Assembly (NCBI GenBank): GCA_963848135.1
Contig: CAWKCK010000017.1
Span: forward strand, 1,282,538 to 1,346,537
Origin: an uncultured delta proteobacterium
GTDB taxonomy: Bacteria > Desulfobacterota > Desulfobacteria > Desulfobacterales > SG8-13
Reading direction: 5' to 3'
DNA: 64,000 nucleotides
Each line of letters starts with the position of its first letter. Position 1 is the first letter of the stretch. The notes under the pieces were generated by a model that did not search any database, was not told where the DNA came from, and worked only from the letters and a program-made list of their open reading frames with translations. This document shows positions 32,139 to 42,178 of this stretch, in pieces. Both the position numbers and the translations under genes were made by a program.

Positions 32139-32336
32139 ATGAAACAAAATATACGCAAACATTCGGGGGTCGCAAAGAAGACTCAGACAGAGAGCCGCGG
32201 GTCTAAGGGAAAAAAGCTGCACAAGGACTGGCGGGTCTGGGTGGCGGTCATCCTGATGCTGGCCGCGATGGTCATCTACGTTCTGAGTTTAGATGACTCA
32301 CTTCTGGTGCTTGGCATCGGTCCTTTCTTTTGCTGA
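32139..32336 (+). CDS. Small single-TM protein
   Basis: RBS aagga; basic N-terminus then HKDWRVWVAVILMLAAMVIYVLSLDDS. Confidence 0.65.
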   Translation: MKQNIRKHSGVAKKTQTESRGSKGKKLHKDWRVWVAVILMLAAMVIYVLSLDDSLLVLGIGPFFC

Positions 32337-32415
32337 ATGATGAAAGATAATTATTATACAAAGGACGTTTGTGAATACGTCCACAATGCTGCAAAAATCC
32401 ATAAGGAGAAACGTC

Positions 32416-32703
32416 ATGAGTAAAAAAGGCATCATTCTCACTGTTTCGATTTTCGTACTGACTCTGATCATGGGTGGTTTACCTGTCATTGCATCTGAAG
32501 ATGCTTCTTCGATGATGTGTGACAACGGCGTGGTTGAAAAAGGGGACTTTTCCCAAACCGTGCAGGATAAATGCGGCGAACCCGACAAAAAAGAAGGAAA
32601 TTTTTGGCGCTATAATTTCGGTCCGGATTTACCGGTCTACACGGTTGAGTTTGACGGAAACGGCAATGTGGTCAGAATGATTGAAGATCAAAGCGGCAGT
32701 TGA
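32416..32703 (+). CDS. DUF2845-like secreted protein
   Basis: RBS aggag; signal peptide; MMCDNGVVEKGD...DKCGEP...WRYNFGP. Confidence 0.8.
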   Translation: MSKKGIILTVSIFVLTLIMGGLPVIASEDASSMMCDNGVVEKGDFSQTVQDKCGEPDKKEGNFWRYNFGPDLPVYTVEFDGNGNVVRMIEDQSGS

Positions 32704-32822
32704 TCCGTACCTGCGCAAGCATTCTAAAACGTTGAGACGCCGAAATTAGGACCTGACTGGTCCTTGCGTTTCCAGCAAACAATCCTGTTTCCGAAATAGA
32801 AAAGGTTAGAGGGAAACAGTCG

Positions 32823-33926
32823 ATGCAAAATAAGAAAAAATTGTGCCGATGTCTGGCCCTATTGATCGGTGTTTTTATTCTGGCACATCTTCCGGGTTGC
32901 AGCCATGTGGGCCCGGCCTCTTTGAGTCGCGGCCGTGCGGCCTACAATGATGTTCTCTCAGAGACAAATTCCGAGCAGAGTTTGGCCTATATCGTCAAGT
33001 TGCGGTATGGCGTGCAGCCGAGTATGCTCGCTGTTTCGAGCATCACCGCCGGTGTCAAGTTCGTTGCCGGTGCCGGTGTCAATATCGGTGTGGGTCCCAG
33101 TAGTGGATATGAAGGCAATCTCGTTCCGTTAAGCGGCGGTGTGGCCTATGAGGATAACCCGACCATCACGTACTTGCCGGTTCAGGGCGAAACGCATATC
33201 AGGGCTTTGATGGCGCCCGTTCCCGTTGACTTTCTCATTTTACTACTCAACAATAATATCGCCATTGATCCTGCCCAATATTTGACTTTGCTTATATCAA
33301 ATATCAACCGGATACCGAACCGCGGTTTTATACCCGTGTCGGAGGCCACCAGTGATGACCGCTTTGCGAAATTCACCTCTCTGGTGAGAGTATTGCGGCA
33401 AGCACAGGCTTTAGATATCGTTCAGTCCGACGAAAAAAAAGGTACCTTTCTGTTTTGGATTCACGATTACACACCATCCTACAATGAGCAGGTCCGTCGG
33501 CTGTTAAACCTTTTGGAAATTGCCGGAGTGTCCACAGATGGCAAGGATATTTTTTTGCCACTTTCAAACCGATTTCATGACCCCACCGCCAAATCTGTTT
33601 CTATACAGACGCGCTCCGTCCACCGCCTTGCGAAAATTTTAGCGGCGGCTGTGGATGTCCCCGAAGAGGATCGCGCAAGCCGCATAGCGTTTGAGTACCC
33701 GCCGCTCGGGCTGGTCGGCGATTTCATCAAGATCCGGCGTTCTGCCAAACGCCCCGCGAATGCCGTATCGGCAGCCAGGTACAGGGGCTGGTGGTACTAC
33801 ATCGACGGCAGCGATCCGAAGAGTAAAATTTCTTTTGATCTCTTCCATTTGCTGATGGCCACCCGACTGGCCGAGACAGCCAAAACCTTCAACGCGGCAC
33901 CTTTGTTGACAGTTCCCGTGAAATAA
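32823..33926 (+). CDS. Lipoprotein, hypothetical; its 3' end is duplicated at 43355
   Basis: Lipobox LPGC; YNDVL...VKLRY, PTITYLP, RYRGWWYYIDGSD..SK, PLLTVPV. Confidence 0.85.
   Translation: MQNKKKLCRCLALLIGVFILAHLPGCSHVGPASLSRGRAAYNDVLSETNSEQSLAYIVKLRYGVQPSMLAVSSITAGVKFVAGAGVNIGVGPSSGYEGNLVPLSGGVAYEDNPTITYLPVQGETHIRALMAPVPVDFLILLLNNNIAIDPAQYLTLLISNINRIPNRGFIPVSEATSDDRFAKFTSLVRVLRQAQALDIVQSDEKKGTFLFWIHDYTPSYNEQVRRLLNLLEIAGVSTDGKDIFLPLSNRFHDPTAKSVSIQTRSVHRLAKILAAAVDVPEEDRASRIAFEYPPLGLVGDFIKIRRSAKRPANAVSAARYRGWWYYIDGSDPKSKISFDLFHLLMATRLAETAKTFNAAPLLTVPVK
33769..33922 (+). repeat. 154-bp direct repeat, left copy
   Basis: cggcagccaggtacaggggctggtgg...cctttgttgacagttcccgtgaa; 150/154 identical to 43355-43508 by manual alignment. 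Confidence 0.95.
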
Positions 33927-34096
33927 TAAAGTCTTTAAAATGGTTCCTTCATAAGTGTGAACAAGAATAATGGAGATTTTTCATTCGCAGGCAGGATCAC
34001 CGAAAGTATATCTCCCTGTTCACGCCAAATCACGGCCCATCAAAAGATGCTGTCTTCGATACCAATGGTAAAATTCACGCCCTTGCGTGCAGGGCG

Positions 34097-35362
34097 CTAT
34101 ACCATCAGGTTCATCAATTTATCGTGAAGCACCTCATAGGAATAGTATTTTTCGGCGAGTGAATAATTGACCGCTACCATTTTTTCCCGAAGTTTTTCGT
34201 CCTGTAGCAATGCCCGGGTTTGATCCACCGCCTCATCGGTTATATATCCATCAATTTCAACGGCTGAGAAGCCTTTGGGCTTAATGTCGAATGTATAGAT
34301 CGAATAACGGTTGACTAGAATTGGTTTGCGAAAATAAACCGCTTCTAAAAAGGCGTTACCAAAACCTTCGATGGTGGATGGATAGGTGATGAAATCGGCG
34401 TGGTGATAGATGTCGTAAAGCGTGTAAATTTTTCGCCCGTCCGGAGTCGTTCCCCGGCGGTCGTTGATGATGTCCGAAACGAATAGGGTATTGACCTGCA
34501 TGCGCTGTGAGAAGTCGATGACCCGCTGTTCATATTCGTGCCCCTCGTCTCCGGAAGCATGTGAGATGACCAACCGCGCTTTCATGCCCAGTCGGCTGAC
34601 CAGCTCAATGGCGTTTTCGATTCCCTTGCGTTTGACCACCCGGGTGGGCTGAAGAATCATTTTCTCATCTGGATCGAGCCCAAGGGCAGCACGGACATCT
34701 TCGGTATAAGCATCCGGTGGCGGAGGCGGGTTTTTGAAATCCATCACGTTGGGAACAATGGTTGCGGAGATCCCGGTCCTGAGACTCAGCTGATTGTCAG
34801 CTGATGAATTGATGACCACATGGCGAATTGGTGGCAGGTGGGGGGGAAAGGACATGTTGAGATAGTCCCACACGGCATTGGTTTTGAATTGTTGGCGTTC
34901 CCAGAAAAAATCGTGGTGGTGTGCGATGGTCAGAAGGCCGGTTTCGGCAATGACTTGAGTGATGGCCAGGCCGAGAGGGATGTTGAGGGGGATGGTCACC
35001 GCATTTTCGGGAACGAGAAGGTCAATGTTGAATTTTTCAATGAATTCATATAGTTGATCCTTAAGATGCTCCTTGATTTCTTCAATGATATCCGTCAGGC
35101 TGCGTTCCCGCACACCGTTGGCGTGAGAAGCAAACGCGGTGTTGAATATCATCCGGATCTCCGGATTCATGAAGTGGGCTTTGGGAACCAGGAAGGCCTG
35201 TGCCGGGTTGCGGTCCAGTTCTCCGGCGAAGTAGAAGCATTTAAACCCCTCTTGTTCGAATACCTGGGCCCATTTTTCCGTTTCCAGGGACACACCATCT
35301 GTTCCGGCGAATCGGGTAGAGATGAATCCGATGTTATGAATCTTGTCGAAAGGGATATACAT
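34097..35362 (-). CDS. GT4 glycosyltransferase, MggS-like
   Basis: FAGTDGVSLETEKW, HHHDFFWER, QPTRVVKRKGIE, YPSTIEGFGNAFLEA. Confidence 0.88.
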   Translation of the reverse strand: MYIPFDKIHNIGFISTRFAGTDGVSLETEKWAQVFEQEGFKCFYFAGELDRNPAQAFLVPKAHFMNPEIRMIFNTAFASHANGVRERSLTDIIEEIKEHLKDQLYEFIEKFNIDLLVPENAVTIPLNIPLGLAITQVIAETGLLTIAHHHDFFWERQQFKTNAVWDYLNMSFPPHLPPIRHVVINSSADNQLSLRTGISATIVPNVMDFKNPPPPPDAYTEDVRAALGLDPDEKMILQPTRVVKRKGIENAIELVSRLGMKARLVISHASGDEGHEYEQRVIDFSQRMQVNTLFVSDIINDRRGTTPDGRKIYTLYDIYHHADFITYPSTIEGFGNAFLEAVYFRKPILVNRYSIYTFDIKPKGFSAVEIDGYITDEAVDQTRALLQDEKLREKMVAVNYSLAEKYYSYEVLHDKLMNLMV

Positions 35363-35677
35363 ATCAACGCCTTCACGTATGAAGAAAACAGGGCAATTCA
35401 GGGTCAAACGGTCAAATAATTAATGGTTTTTCATTTAGAAGACATCAAAAAAATGAAGATGTCAACGGCCTATGGTCGAAGAAAAAATAGTTTGACCTGA
35501 AATGCCGCCGGATGTTGGTTCAGGACAAGGCGCGTCAATAATTTCAGTCAGGCACTGGGGGGCCATTGACGCAGCGCCGCGGCCAGCCCATAATACAAGT
35601 AAATGTGACAATAAATTTTTTTTCGGGCTTTAATCCTTAACTCGGGCAAAGGGTCTAACTTTTCCAAGGATAACCGG

Positions 35678-37375
35678 ATGAAATCGATATTACACCGGAT
35701 ATATGGTCGGGAAAAAGGGGATGCGGCCTATATAAGGCTTTCGGCCGTGCTGGATTCTTTTTCACACAAGCCATCGGCCCGGGGAAGAAACCTCTTCACA
35801 GAGGCCGATATCATCCTCATTACATACGGAGACACGCTTTTCCGAAAAGGAGAACCACCGCTCCAAGTACTTCACCGATTTTCCTGCGATCATTTCAAGG
35901 ATGTATTTTCCTGCATTCACATCTTACCCTTTTTCCCTTTTTCCTCAGACGACGGGTTTTCTGTCACAGATTTTCAGGCGGTGAGAGCCGACATGGGCAG
36001 CTGGAATGACATACAGGCCATCGGCGGAAAGTTCAAGCTGATGGTCGATCTCGTGGCCAATCATGTGTCTGCTGAAAGCCGGTGGTTCCAATCCTATCTG
36101 GCAGATGAAAAAGGATTCAGGGAACTGGCAATCGAGACCGATCCAGCGGCAGACCTTTCTGGTGTGACCCGGCCACGCACCCTACCCCTTTTGACCGCAT
36201 TCGAAAAGCTATCCGGCCGTCAGGTGCACCTGTGGACGACCTTCAGCGCCGATCAGATCGACCTCAATTACCACAGCCTGGACGTGCTAGAAAGCATGGT
36301 GCGGACAATGCTCTTTTACGTTGCCAGGAGAGCGCGCATTATCCGTCTGGACGCCATCGCCTACCTGTGGAAACAGATTGGCACACCCTGCATCCATCTG
36401 CCACAGGCCCACGACATGGTCAGGTTGTTTCGCAGAATCCTTGATCTGACGGCACCCGGAGTGACGCTGGTCACTGAAACCAACGTGCCTCACGTTGAAA
36501 ACATCAGCTATTTCGGCAACGGTACCGACGAAGCCCAGATGGTCTATAATTTCACCTTGCCGCCGTTGCTGCTTTATTCACTGTCCACTGGCAGCGCCCG
36601 CGTTTTTTCCGATTGGGCCCGGATGCTGGCAACTCCCACGGAACGAACCGCTTTTTTAAATTTCACCGCTTCCCATGACGGCATCGGGGTGCGCCCCCTG
36701 GAAGGGATATTGCCGTCATCGCAGATTGAATGGCTGGCCGATCGGATTCGCCTAAATGGCGGGCAGGTTTCCGAAAGGCGCAATCTTGACGGATCCAACA
36801 GTCCCTATGAGTTGAATGTCACCTATCTGGACGCGCTGAAAGATCCAACATGCCTGGAAGATCAGCTTCATATTTCCCGATTCCTGGCTTCACAGGCAGT
36901 GGCTCTGTCTCTTACCGGGATTCCGGCCGTATACATCCACAGCATATTGGGATCGCAGAACTGGATTGATGGGGTGCGCTTGACAGGGCGGGCCCGGACG
37001 ATCAACCGCGCAAGATTGTCGGACGAAGCCGTCGGCAAAGAATTGGCCGATCGAAGGGGCCTCCGGGCGCGGATTTTTTATCCCTATCTGAAAATGGTCC
37101 GCATTCGTAAGCGCCAGCCGGCTTTTCATCCCTCCGCCGGCATGCAGGTTCTCAACCTGGACGACCGGGTTTTCGCGGTTAAACGATTTTGTCCCAAACA
37201 GACCCTTTTCGCCGTTTCCAATTTTTCCGCCGACCCCCTGACTGTCGCCCTGCCTGCCAGAAAAGACTCAACCTTCATATGCGATCTTCTCAGCGGTGAG
37301 CGGTTCGGTGCAGGTTCGATTCCTTTGTCTGCATATCAAACCGTTTGGCTGACCCGAAATGCCTCTAATGATTGA
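35678..37375 (+). CDS. GH13_18 phosphorylase, probably glucosylglycerate phosphorylase (YcjM-like)
   Basis: LITYGD, SSDDGFSV, RLDAIAY nucleophile, TETN acid/base with Asn, ASHDGIG, SPYELN loop (Glu) rather than sucrose-type YQ. Confidence 0.85.
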   Translation: MKSILHRIYGREKGDAAYIRLSAVLDSFSHKPSARGRNLFTEADIILITYGDTLFRKGEPPLQVLHRFSCDHFKDVFSCIHILPFFPFSSDDGFSVTDFQAVRADMGSWNDIQAIGGKFKLMVDLVANHVSAESRWFQSYLADEKGFRELAIETDPAADLSGVTRPRTLPLLTAFEKLSGRQVHLWTTFSADQIDLNYHSLDVLESMVRTMLFYVARRARIIRLDAIAYLWKQIGTPCIHLPQAHDMVRLFRRILDLTAPGVTLVTETNVPHVENISYFGNGTDEAQMVYNFTLPPLLLYSLSTGSARVFSDWARMLATPTERTAFLNFTASHDGIGVRPLEGILPSSQIEWLADRIRLNGGQVSERRNLDGSNSPYELNVTYLDALKDPTCLEDQLHISRFLASQAVALSLTGIPAVYIHSILGSQNWIDGVRLTGRARTINRARLSDEAVGKELADRRGLRARIFYPYLKMVRIRKRQPAFHPSAGMQVLNLDDRVFAVKRFCPKQTLFAVSNFSADPLTVALPARKDSTFICDLLSGERFGAGSIPLSAYQTVWLTRNASND

Positions 37376-38606
37376 CGCCGAAAAAGTTGGCCATCAGGTT
37401 GTCCAATTGACGCTGTAGTGTGGCGTAGGAGTAATGACGTGTAGCCACGGCGTAATTGTGGGCCGTCATCCGTTCCCGCAACTTCGGCTTTTCGAGTACT
37501 TCCCGGACCCTCTGGACGTTTTTCTTGGTCAGAAAACCATCCATGACAATCAGGTCGAAACCCTTGGGTTCGATGTCCCGCACAAAGATGGCATAGCGAT
37601 TGATTAGCAGGGGCTTTTTGAAATATACCGCCTCCAGAAAGGCATTGCCGAAACCTTCGTAGAGGCTGGGGTAGGTAATGAAATCGGCGTGCGCATACAG
37701 CTCCCATAAAGTCGGCCGGCCCGGTGCCTCTGGAACACGCGTACCGATCAAGCGAAGATCCACTCCACGCTCCCGCGCATGATCGGTTAGCCATTCGGCG
37801 TACTCGAAGCCCTCGTCACCAGCCTCGTGGGAGACCAGGAGTTTGAAGTGCTGATTCCCCAGTTCGTGGACCAGTTCGATAGCGTGCTCGATCCCTTTGC
37901 GCTGAACGATACGCGTCGGCTGGAGGATCAAAAAGTCTTCCGTTTTCAGGCCGATCCGTTGTCTGAATGCATGGGTATCCTTTTCGTGAACCGCCGGTCG
38001 ATTATCGAAATCCAGCACATTGGGAATGATCACTGCTGCGATGCCCGTTCGCAGGGCCAATTCCTCCTGGGCTGCCGAGTTGATGACCACGTGCTCGATG
38101 TTTGGCAGGTTGGGCGGAAACGCCATACGAAGGTAATCGCCCACGGCATTGACGGAAAAGCGGGTTCGTTCCCAGTAGAAGTCGTGGTGGTGGGCCACTG
38201 TGGGAATCAGCGTCTCTGCGATGACTTCGGTCATGGCCAGACCCAGCGGCAGGTGCATGGGAATGGTCAGCAGGTTTTGCGCCACCAGCATGTCGATCTG
38301 GAACCGGTCGATAAATTCATATAGTCTCTTTTTCAGGCGTGCCCTGAGAGCATGTATAGCCTGGGTCGTTTCACGGCTTCGTCGTCTCCGGCCAAAAACT
38401 TCCACATCGATGGCTTTATTCGTTTCATGCTTGAAAAAGGCCTCCGGAACCATGAGGCTCCGTTCCGGGTCACGGTCAAGGTTACCGGCAAACCAGAAAC
38501 AGCGATGTCCGCTTCGCTCTAAGATTTCCGACCATTTGCCCGCCTCCAGAGACACCCCGTCGGTTCCTGCGAAACGGGTGGAAACGAAACCGATATGTTT
38601 ACCCAT
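37365..38606 (-). CDS. GT4 glycosyltransferase, MggS-like (paralog of 34097)
   Basis: FAGTDGVSLEAGKW, HHHDFYWER, QPTRIVQRKGIE, YPSLYEGFGNAFLEA. Confidence 0.88.
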   Translation of the reverse strand: MGKHIGFVSTRFAGTDGVSLEAGKWSEILERSGHRCFWFAGNLDRDPERSLMVPEAFFKHETNKAIDVEVFGRRRRSRETTQAIHALRARLKKRLYEFIDRFQIDMLVAQNLLTIPMHLPLGLAMTEVIAETLIPTVAHHHDFYWERTRFSVNAVGDYLRMAFPPNLPNIEHVVINSAAQEELALRTGIAAVIIPNVLDFDNRPAVHEKDTHAFRQRIGLKTEDFLILQPTRIVQRKGIEHAIELVHELGNQHFKLLVSHEAGDEGFEYAEWLTDHARERGVDLRLIGTRVPEAPGRPTLWELYAHADFITYPSLYEGFGNAFLEAVYFKKPLLINRYAIFVRDIEPKGFDLIVMDGFLTKKNVQRVREVLEKPKLRERMTAHNYAVATRHYSYATLQRQLDNLMANFFGVNH

Positions 38607-38750
38607 TGCACCTCCTGCTGACCTGGTCATAGGCGGTTGACAAACCGCCTATGTTAATTAACTATAAAAATACATGACAAAATTTAGAAATGGATCCCAG
38701 GATTGTTCCGCCAAGCGGATGTTGATCATCTGTTCCGCAACTGAGACACC

Positions 38751-40157
38751 GTGAAGATCGCTTTTGTTCACTACCATCTGAAAACGGGGGGCGTCACCAC
38801 TGTCCTGAGGCGGCAGATTGCGGCCATCCAAGGGGCCTGCGATGCCCTCGTACTGACAGGCGACCGGGCGAAATCCGAATTGCCTTGCAAGGTGATGGAG
38901 ATCCCCGAATTGGGTTACGATCAGCCGGGCGTTTCCCCGCCGGCTCCGGACAGGATTGCCGAGCGGATGCTCAAGGCGTTGTCCGATATATGGCCAGGTG
39001 GATGCGACGTCATGCATGTCCACAACCCGACCCTTGCCAAGAACCGGCAATTTCTTCAAATCATTAAACGGCTGCAGCAGGCCGGGGTCAACCTTTTTCT
39101 GCAAATCCATGATTTCGCCGAAGACGGCCGGCCCGATGTCTATTTCGAGGAGGATTATCCGGCGAATTGCCATTACGGCGTCATCAACGCCCGGGATGCG
39201 GCAATTCTTATGGGGGTGGGGCTGGATGGCGCAGGCATTCATCACATTCCCAACGCCGTCGAAGGTCTTTCTGTCAACGGGAGCCGAGACCCGAAGCCGC
39301 GGATTTTATACCCGGTTCGCGCCCTTCGGCGCAAGAATCTGGGCGAGGCTATCCTGCTATCCATGTTTTTCAACGCCGGACGGCGGTTAGCTGTCACCCA
39401 GCCGCCGAACAGCCCAACGGATACAGTCAGCTACCGGGACTGGATCTGTTGGGTGAGGAAAAACCGATTGCATGTCGATTTCGAGGTCGGGAAAAATGTC
39501 GACTTTCCCACGCTCGTAGGTACCTCGGAGTCAGTGATTACCACGAGCGTTGCCGAAGGATTCGGCTTCTCCTTTCTCGAGACTTGGTTGGCCGGCAAGA
39601 TGTTATGGGGGCGACGACTCGGTGATATCTGTGCGGATTTCGAGGACAACGGCATCCGTCTGGATTCCCTTTACGACCGGCTCGACGTTCCCCTGGCCTG
39701 GATCGATGCAGACGCCTTCTCCCGCAAGTGGCACGAGGCGGTCTTAAACGCCGCCGAGCATTACGGCCACATTGTTGCAGCCGATGCGATAGACCGTGCC
39801 TTTGCCCGATTGACCCATGGCGACAGGATTGATTTCGGTTTGTTGGGCGAGAAATTTCAACGGCAAGTCCTCGTGCGCCTGATCTCCGACCCAGTGACCA
39901 AAGCGGAATTGATCTCGCTGAATCCCTGGTTTTCCCATCCTGGAGCGGTTTCGGACCCATCGGCAATGATTGAAAGCAACCGGCGGGCTGTTGAGCAGCA
40001 CTATGGCACGCAGCAATACCGGAATCGCCTCATGGCAATATACGATAGGATTGTCAACCACCCGGTTTGCCATCATATCGACAAGGGTGCCTTGCTGGAC
40101 GCGTTTTTCGATCTCGACCGATTCTCACTGCTCAAATGGGGCGCATATGACGGGTAA
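38751..40157 (+). CDS. GT4-like glycosyltransferase
   Basis: HYHLKTGGVTTV, HNPTLAKN, IHDFAEDGRP, YPVRALRRKN, TTSVAEGFGFSFLE. Confidence 0.82.
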   Translation: MKIAFVHYHLKTGGVTTVLRRQIAAIQGACDALVLTGDRAKSELPCKVMEIPELGYDQPGVSPPAPDRIAERMLKALSDIWPGGCDVMHVHNPTLAKNRQFLQIIKRLQQAGVNLFLQIHDFAEDGRPDVYFEEDYPANCHYGVINARDAAILMGVGLDGAGIHHIPNAVEGLSVNGSRDPKPRILYPVRALRRKNLGEAILLSMFFNAGRRLAVTQPPNSPTDTVSYRDWICWVRKNRLHVDFEVGKNVDFPTLVGTSESVITTSVAEGFGFSFLETWLAGKMLWGRRLGDICADFEDNGIRLDSLYDRLDVPLAWIDADAFSRKWHEAVLNAAEHYGHIVAADAIDRAFARLTHGDRIDFGLLGEKFQRQVLVRLISDPVTKAELISLNPWFSHPGAVSDPSAMIESNRRAVEQHYGTQQYRNRLMAIYDRIVNHPVCHHIDKGALLDAFFDLDRFSLLKWGAYDG

Positions 40158-41019
40158 TGACAGTGACGCCATATTCGAACGGCATATCCGTCCCCTGGTG
40201 CCGATTCCCACCGGGATTGCCCCGGATCTATCTAAAATGCAGCGGTTTTCGGCGATGCTCTTCGACGTCTACGGCACCCTGCTGATCAGCAGTGCAGGGG
40301 ATATCGGGCTGAATCGGAGGCCAGTGGAGAGGATGGACGACTTGCAGGGGCTGCTGAAACGCTGGGATATCGACCGCACACCACAAAGCCTTGTCGATGC
40401 GTTGGACCGGGCCATAGAAAAGGCACACCGCATCCGGCGGAAGCAGGGAATCAATTACCCCGAGGTAGATATCGTCCGGGTCTGGCAGCAGGCGTTTGGT
40501 ATAGATAACATCACCTGGTTGAAAGCTTTTGCCCTGGAGTACGAATTGCTGGTAAACCCAGTCTACCCGATGCCAGGTGTTGAGGAGTTGCTGTTGACTT
40601 GCAAAAGCCGCAAGATGCCGATGGGGATTATCTCCAATGCCCAGTATTACACCATTGATTTGCTTGAACAGTTCTTGGGGGCTACCCTTGAAAAGCAAGG
40701 ACTTGATCGTCGGTTGCTTTTTTTTTCCTGGCGTGAGGAACATGCCAAGCCATCGACCGTTATGTTCAAGCGAGCCAAAGCGGTCCTCTTTGGCATGGGG
40801 ATTCCCGCTGCGTCTGTGCTGTATGTAGGCAATGATATGCGCAACGACATTCTGCCGGCCAAGTCAGTGGGGTTCAAAACGGCACTTTTTGCCGGGGACC
40901 GGCGATCGTTGCGCCTGAGAGAATCCGATGGCCGGTGCAGGCATCTATCTCCGGATTTGATCGTCACCGATCTACGGCAATTGATCGCTACAACCGGCGA
41001 TCCTTATTCGAGAGGATAG
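40147..41019 (+). CDS. HAD-family hydrolase (candidate glucosyl-phosphoglycerate phosphatase)
   Basis: LFDVYGTLL, GIISNAQ, AKPS, YVGNDMRND; overlaps GT4 stop. Confidence 0.85.
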   Translation: MTGNDSDAIFERHIRPLVPIPTGIAPDLSKMQRFSAMLFDVYGTLLISSAGDIGLNRRPVERMDDLQGLLKRWDIDRTPQSLVDALDRAIEKAHRIRRKQGINYPEVDIVRVWQQAFGIDNITWLKAFALEYELLVNPVYPMPGVEELLLTCKSRKMPMGIISNAQYYTIDLLEQFLGATLEKQGLDRRLLFFSWREEHAKPSTVMFKRAKAVLFGMGIPAASVLYVGNDMRNDILPAKSVGFKTALFAGDRRSLRLRESDGRCRHLSPDLIVTDLRQLIATTGDPYSRG

Positions 41020-41020
41020 T

Positions 41021-42178
41021 ATGGAAAAATATCTTGACGTCCTGCCGATGTTTACGGATCAAATCCGTAGGATTCGTGAAATCATCATCAGCAATATCGT
41101 AATGGTCGGGCAGATTCCTGCCCCCACATTTCACGAGAGAAGGCGTGCACAGTATCTGGTTGAACGCCTAGCCGATTTCCGGGTGGATGAATGCACCATC
41201 GATGATTTCGGCAACCCGATCGGTGTGATCCGCGGAGCGTCTTCCGAAAAACAGCCCATCTTTGTCGTCGCCCATCTCGACACATTTTCAGAGGTGGCGG
41301 TAGACCAGCACTACGAGGTGACGGATAAAATCATCAAGGGCATCGGTGTTTCGGACAACTCGGCTGCCGTAGGCGTCCTGGCATCCCTACCGGAGATCTT
41401 CGATCAACTGGCGCTGACCTTTGAATCGGATATCGTTCTGGTTGCGCCTGTCCAAACTCTCGGCAGAGGAAACCTCAAGGGCATCCGCCAGCTTCTCGAG
41501 GCATGGCAGACGCCGATCCATGGTGCCATCTGTCTGGAGAGCGTGGAACTGGGGCGACTCAATTACTCTTCCAACGGCATGATTCGGGGCGAGATTAGTT
41601 GCAGTATCGCCACCGAAAAGCAAAGCGGCAGACATCACACGCCGAACGCGATTCTGGTGATCAACGAGGTGATCAACGCGATCCTTGGACTGCGCTTGCC
41701 CCAGAAACCCCGAACGCAGATCGTCATCGGGAAGATTGCCGGCGGGTTCAACCATGGAAAGATCGCCTATGACGCCAATATCGGTTTCGAAATTCTTAGC
41801 GACGCCGATGAGATGGTCAAAGCGCTCTATAGCGATATCCGAGATATTGTCGATGGAATCAACAAGGCCTTTGCCGTTAAACTAAAGCTCAACCGCATCA
41901 GCAACCTCAACGCCACCCGTTTGCCATACAATCACCCACTGGTTAAATGTGCCTCGCGGATTTTGGATCGTTTGGGTGTAGATACAGTGAGCGAGCCCAG
42001 TGAATCGGCCTTGTCGATCTTTTTACAACGCAAGATTCCGGCTGTCATGCTAGGATTGACCTATGGGGACAATTTCCACCAGGATGGCTCCATGATCGAA
42101 ATTGAACCGATATTCAAAGGCATCTCTCAAATTCCGTCATTGATCATGGCCATGGACAATGGGGTGTGCGATGAATAA
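41021..42178 (+). CDS. M20/M25/M40 peptidase-fold protein with degenerate EE motif
   Basis: IPAPTFHE..RA, VVAHLDT, GVSDNS, dimerization NAI...IGKIAGG, terminal H; usual GEEG is PVQTLG. Confidence 0.8.
   Translation: MEKYLDVLPMFTDQIRRIREIIISNIVMVGQIPAPTFHERRRAQYLVERLADFRVDECTIDDFGNPIGVIRGASSEKQPIFVVAHLDTFSEVAVDQHYEVTDKIIKGIGVSDNSAAVGVLASLPEIFDQLALTFESDIVLVAPVQTLGRGNLKGIRQLLEAWQTPIHGAICLESVELGRLNYSSNGMIRGEISCSIATEKQSGRHHTPNAILVINEVINAILGLRLPQKPRTQIVIGKIAGGFNHGKIAYDANIGFEILSDADEMVKALYSDIRDIVDGINKAFAVKLKLNRISNLNATRLPYNHPLVKCASRILDRLGVDTVSEPSESALSIFLQRKIPAVMLGLTYGDNFHQDGSMIEIEPIFKGISQIPSLIMAMDNGVCDE

Noticed and set aside
35516..35590. Riboswitch upstream of the GH13_18 gene (gcgtcaat...attgacgc hairpin)
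   Set aside because: One 8-bp stem with no recognisable aptamer consensus; more likely a degenerate REP-like element.
35678..37375. Sucrose phosphorylase
   Set aside because: ETN and PYELN signatures plus the gpgS context favour glucosylglycerate phosphorylase.
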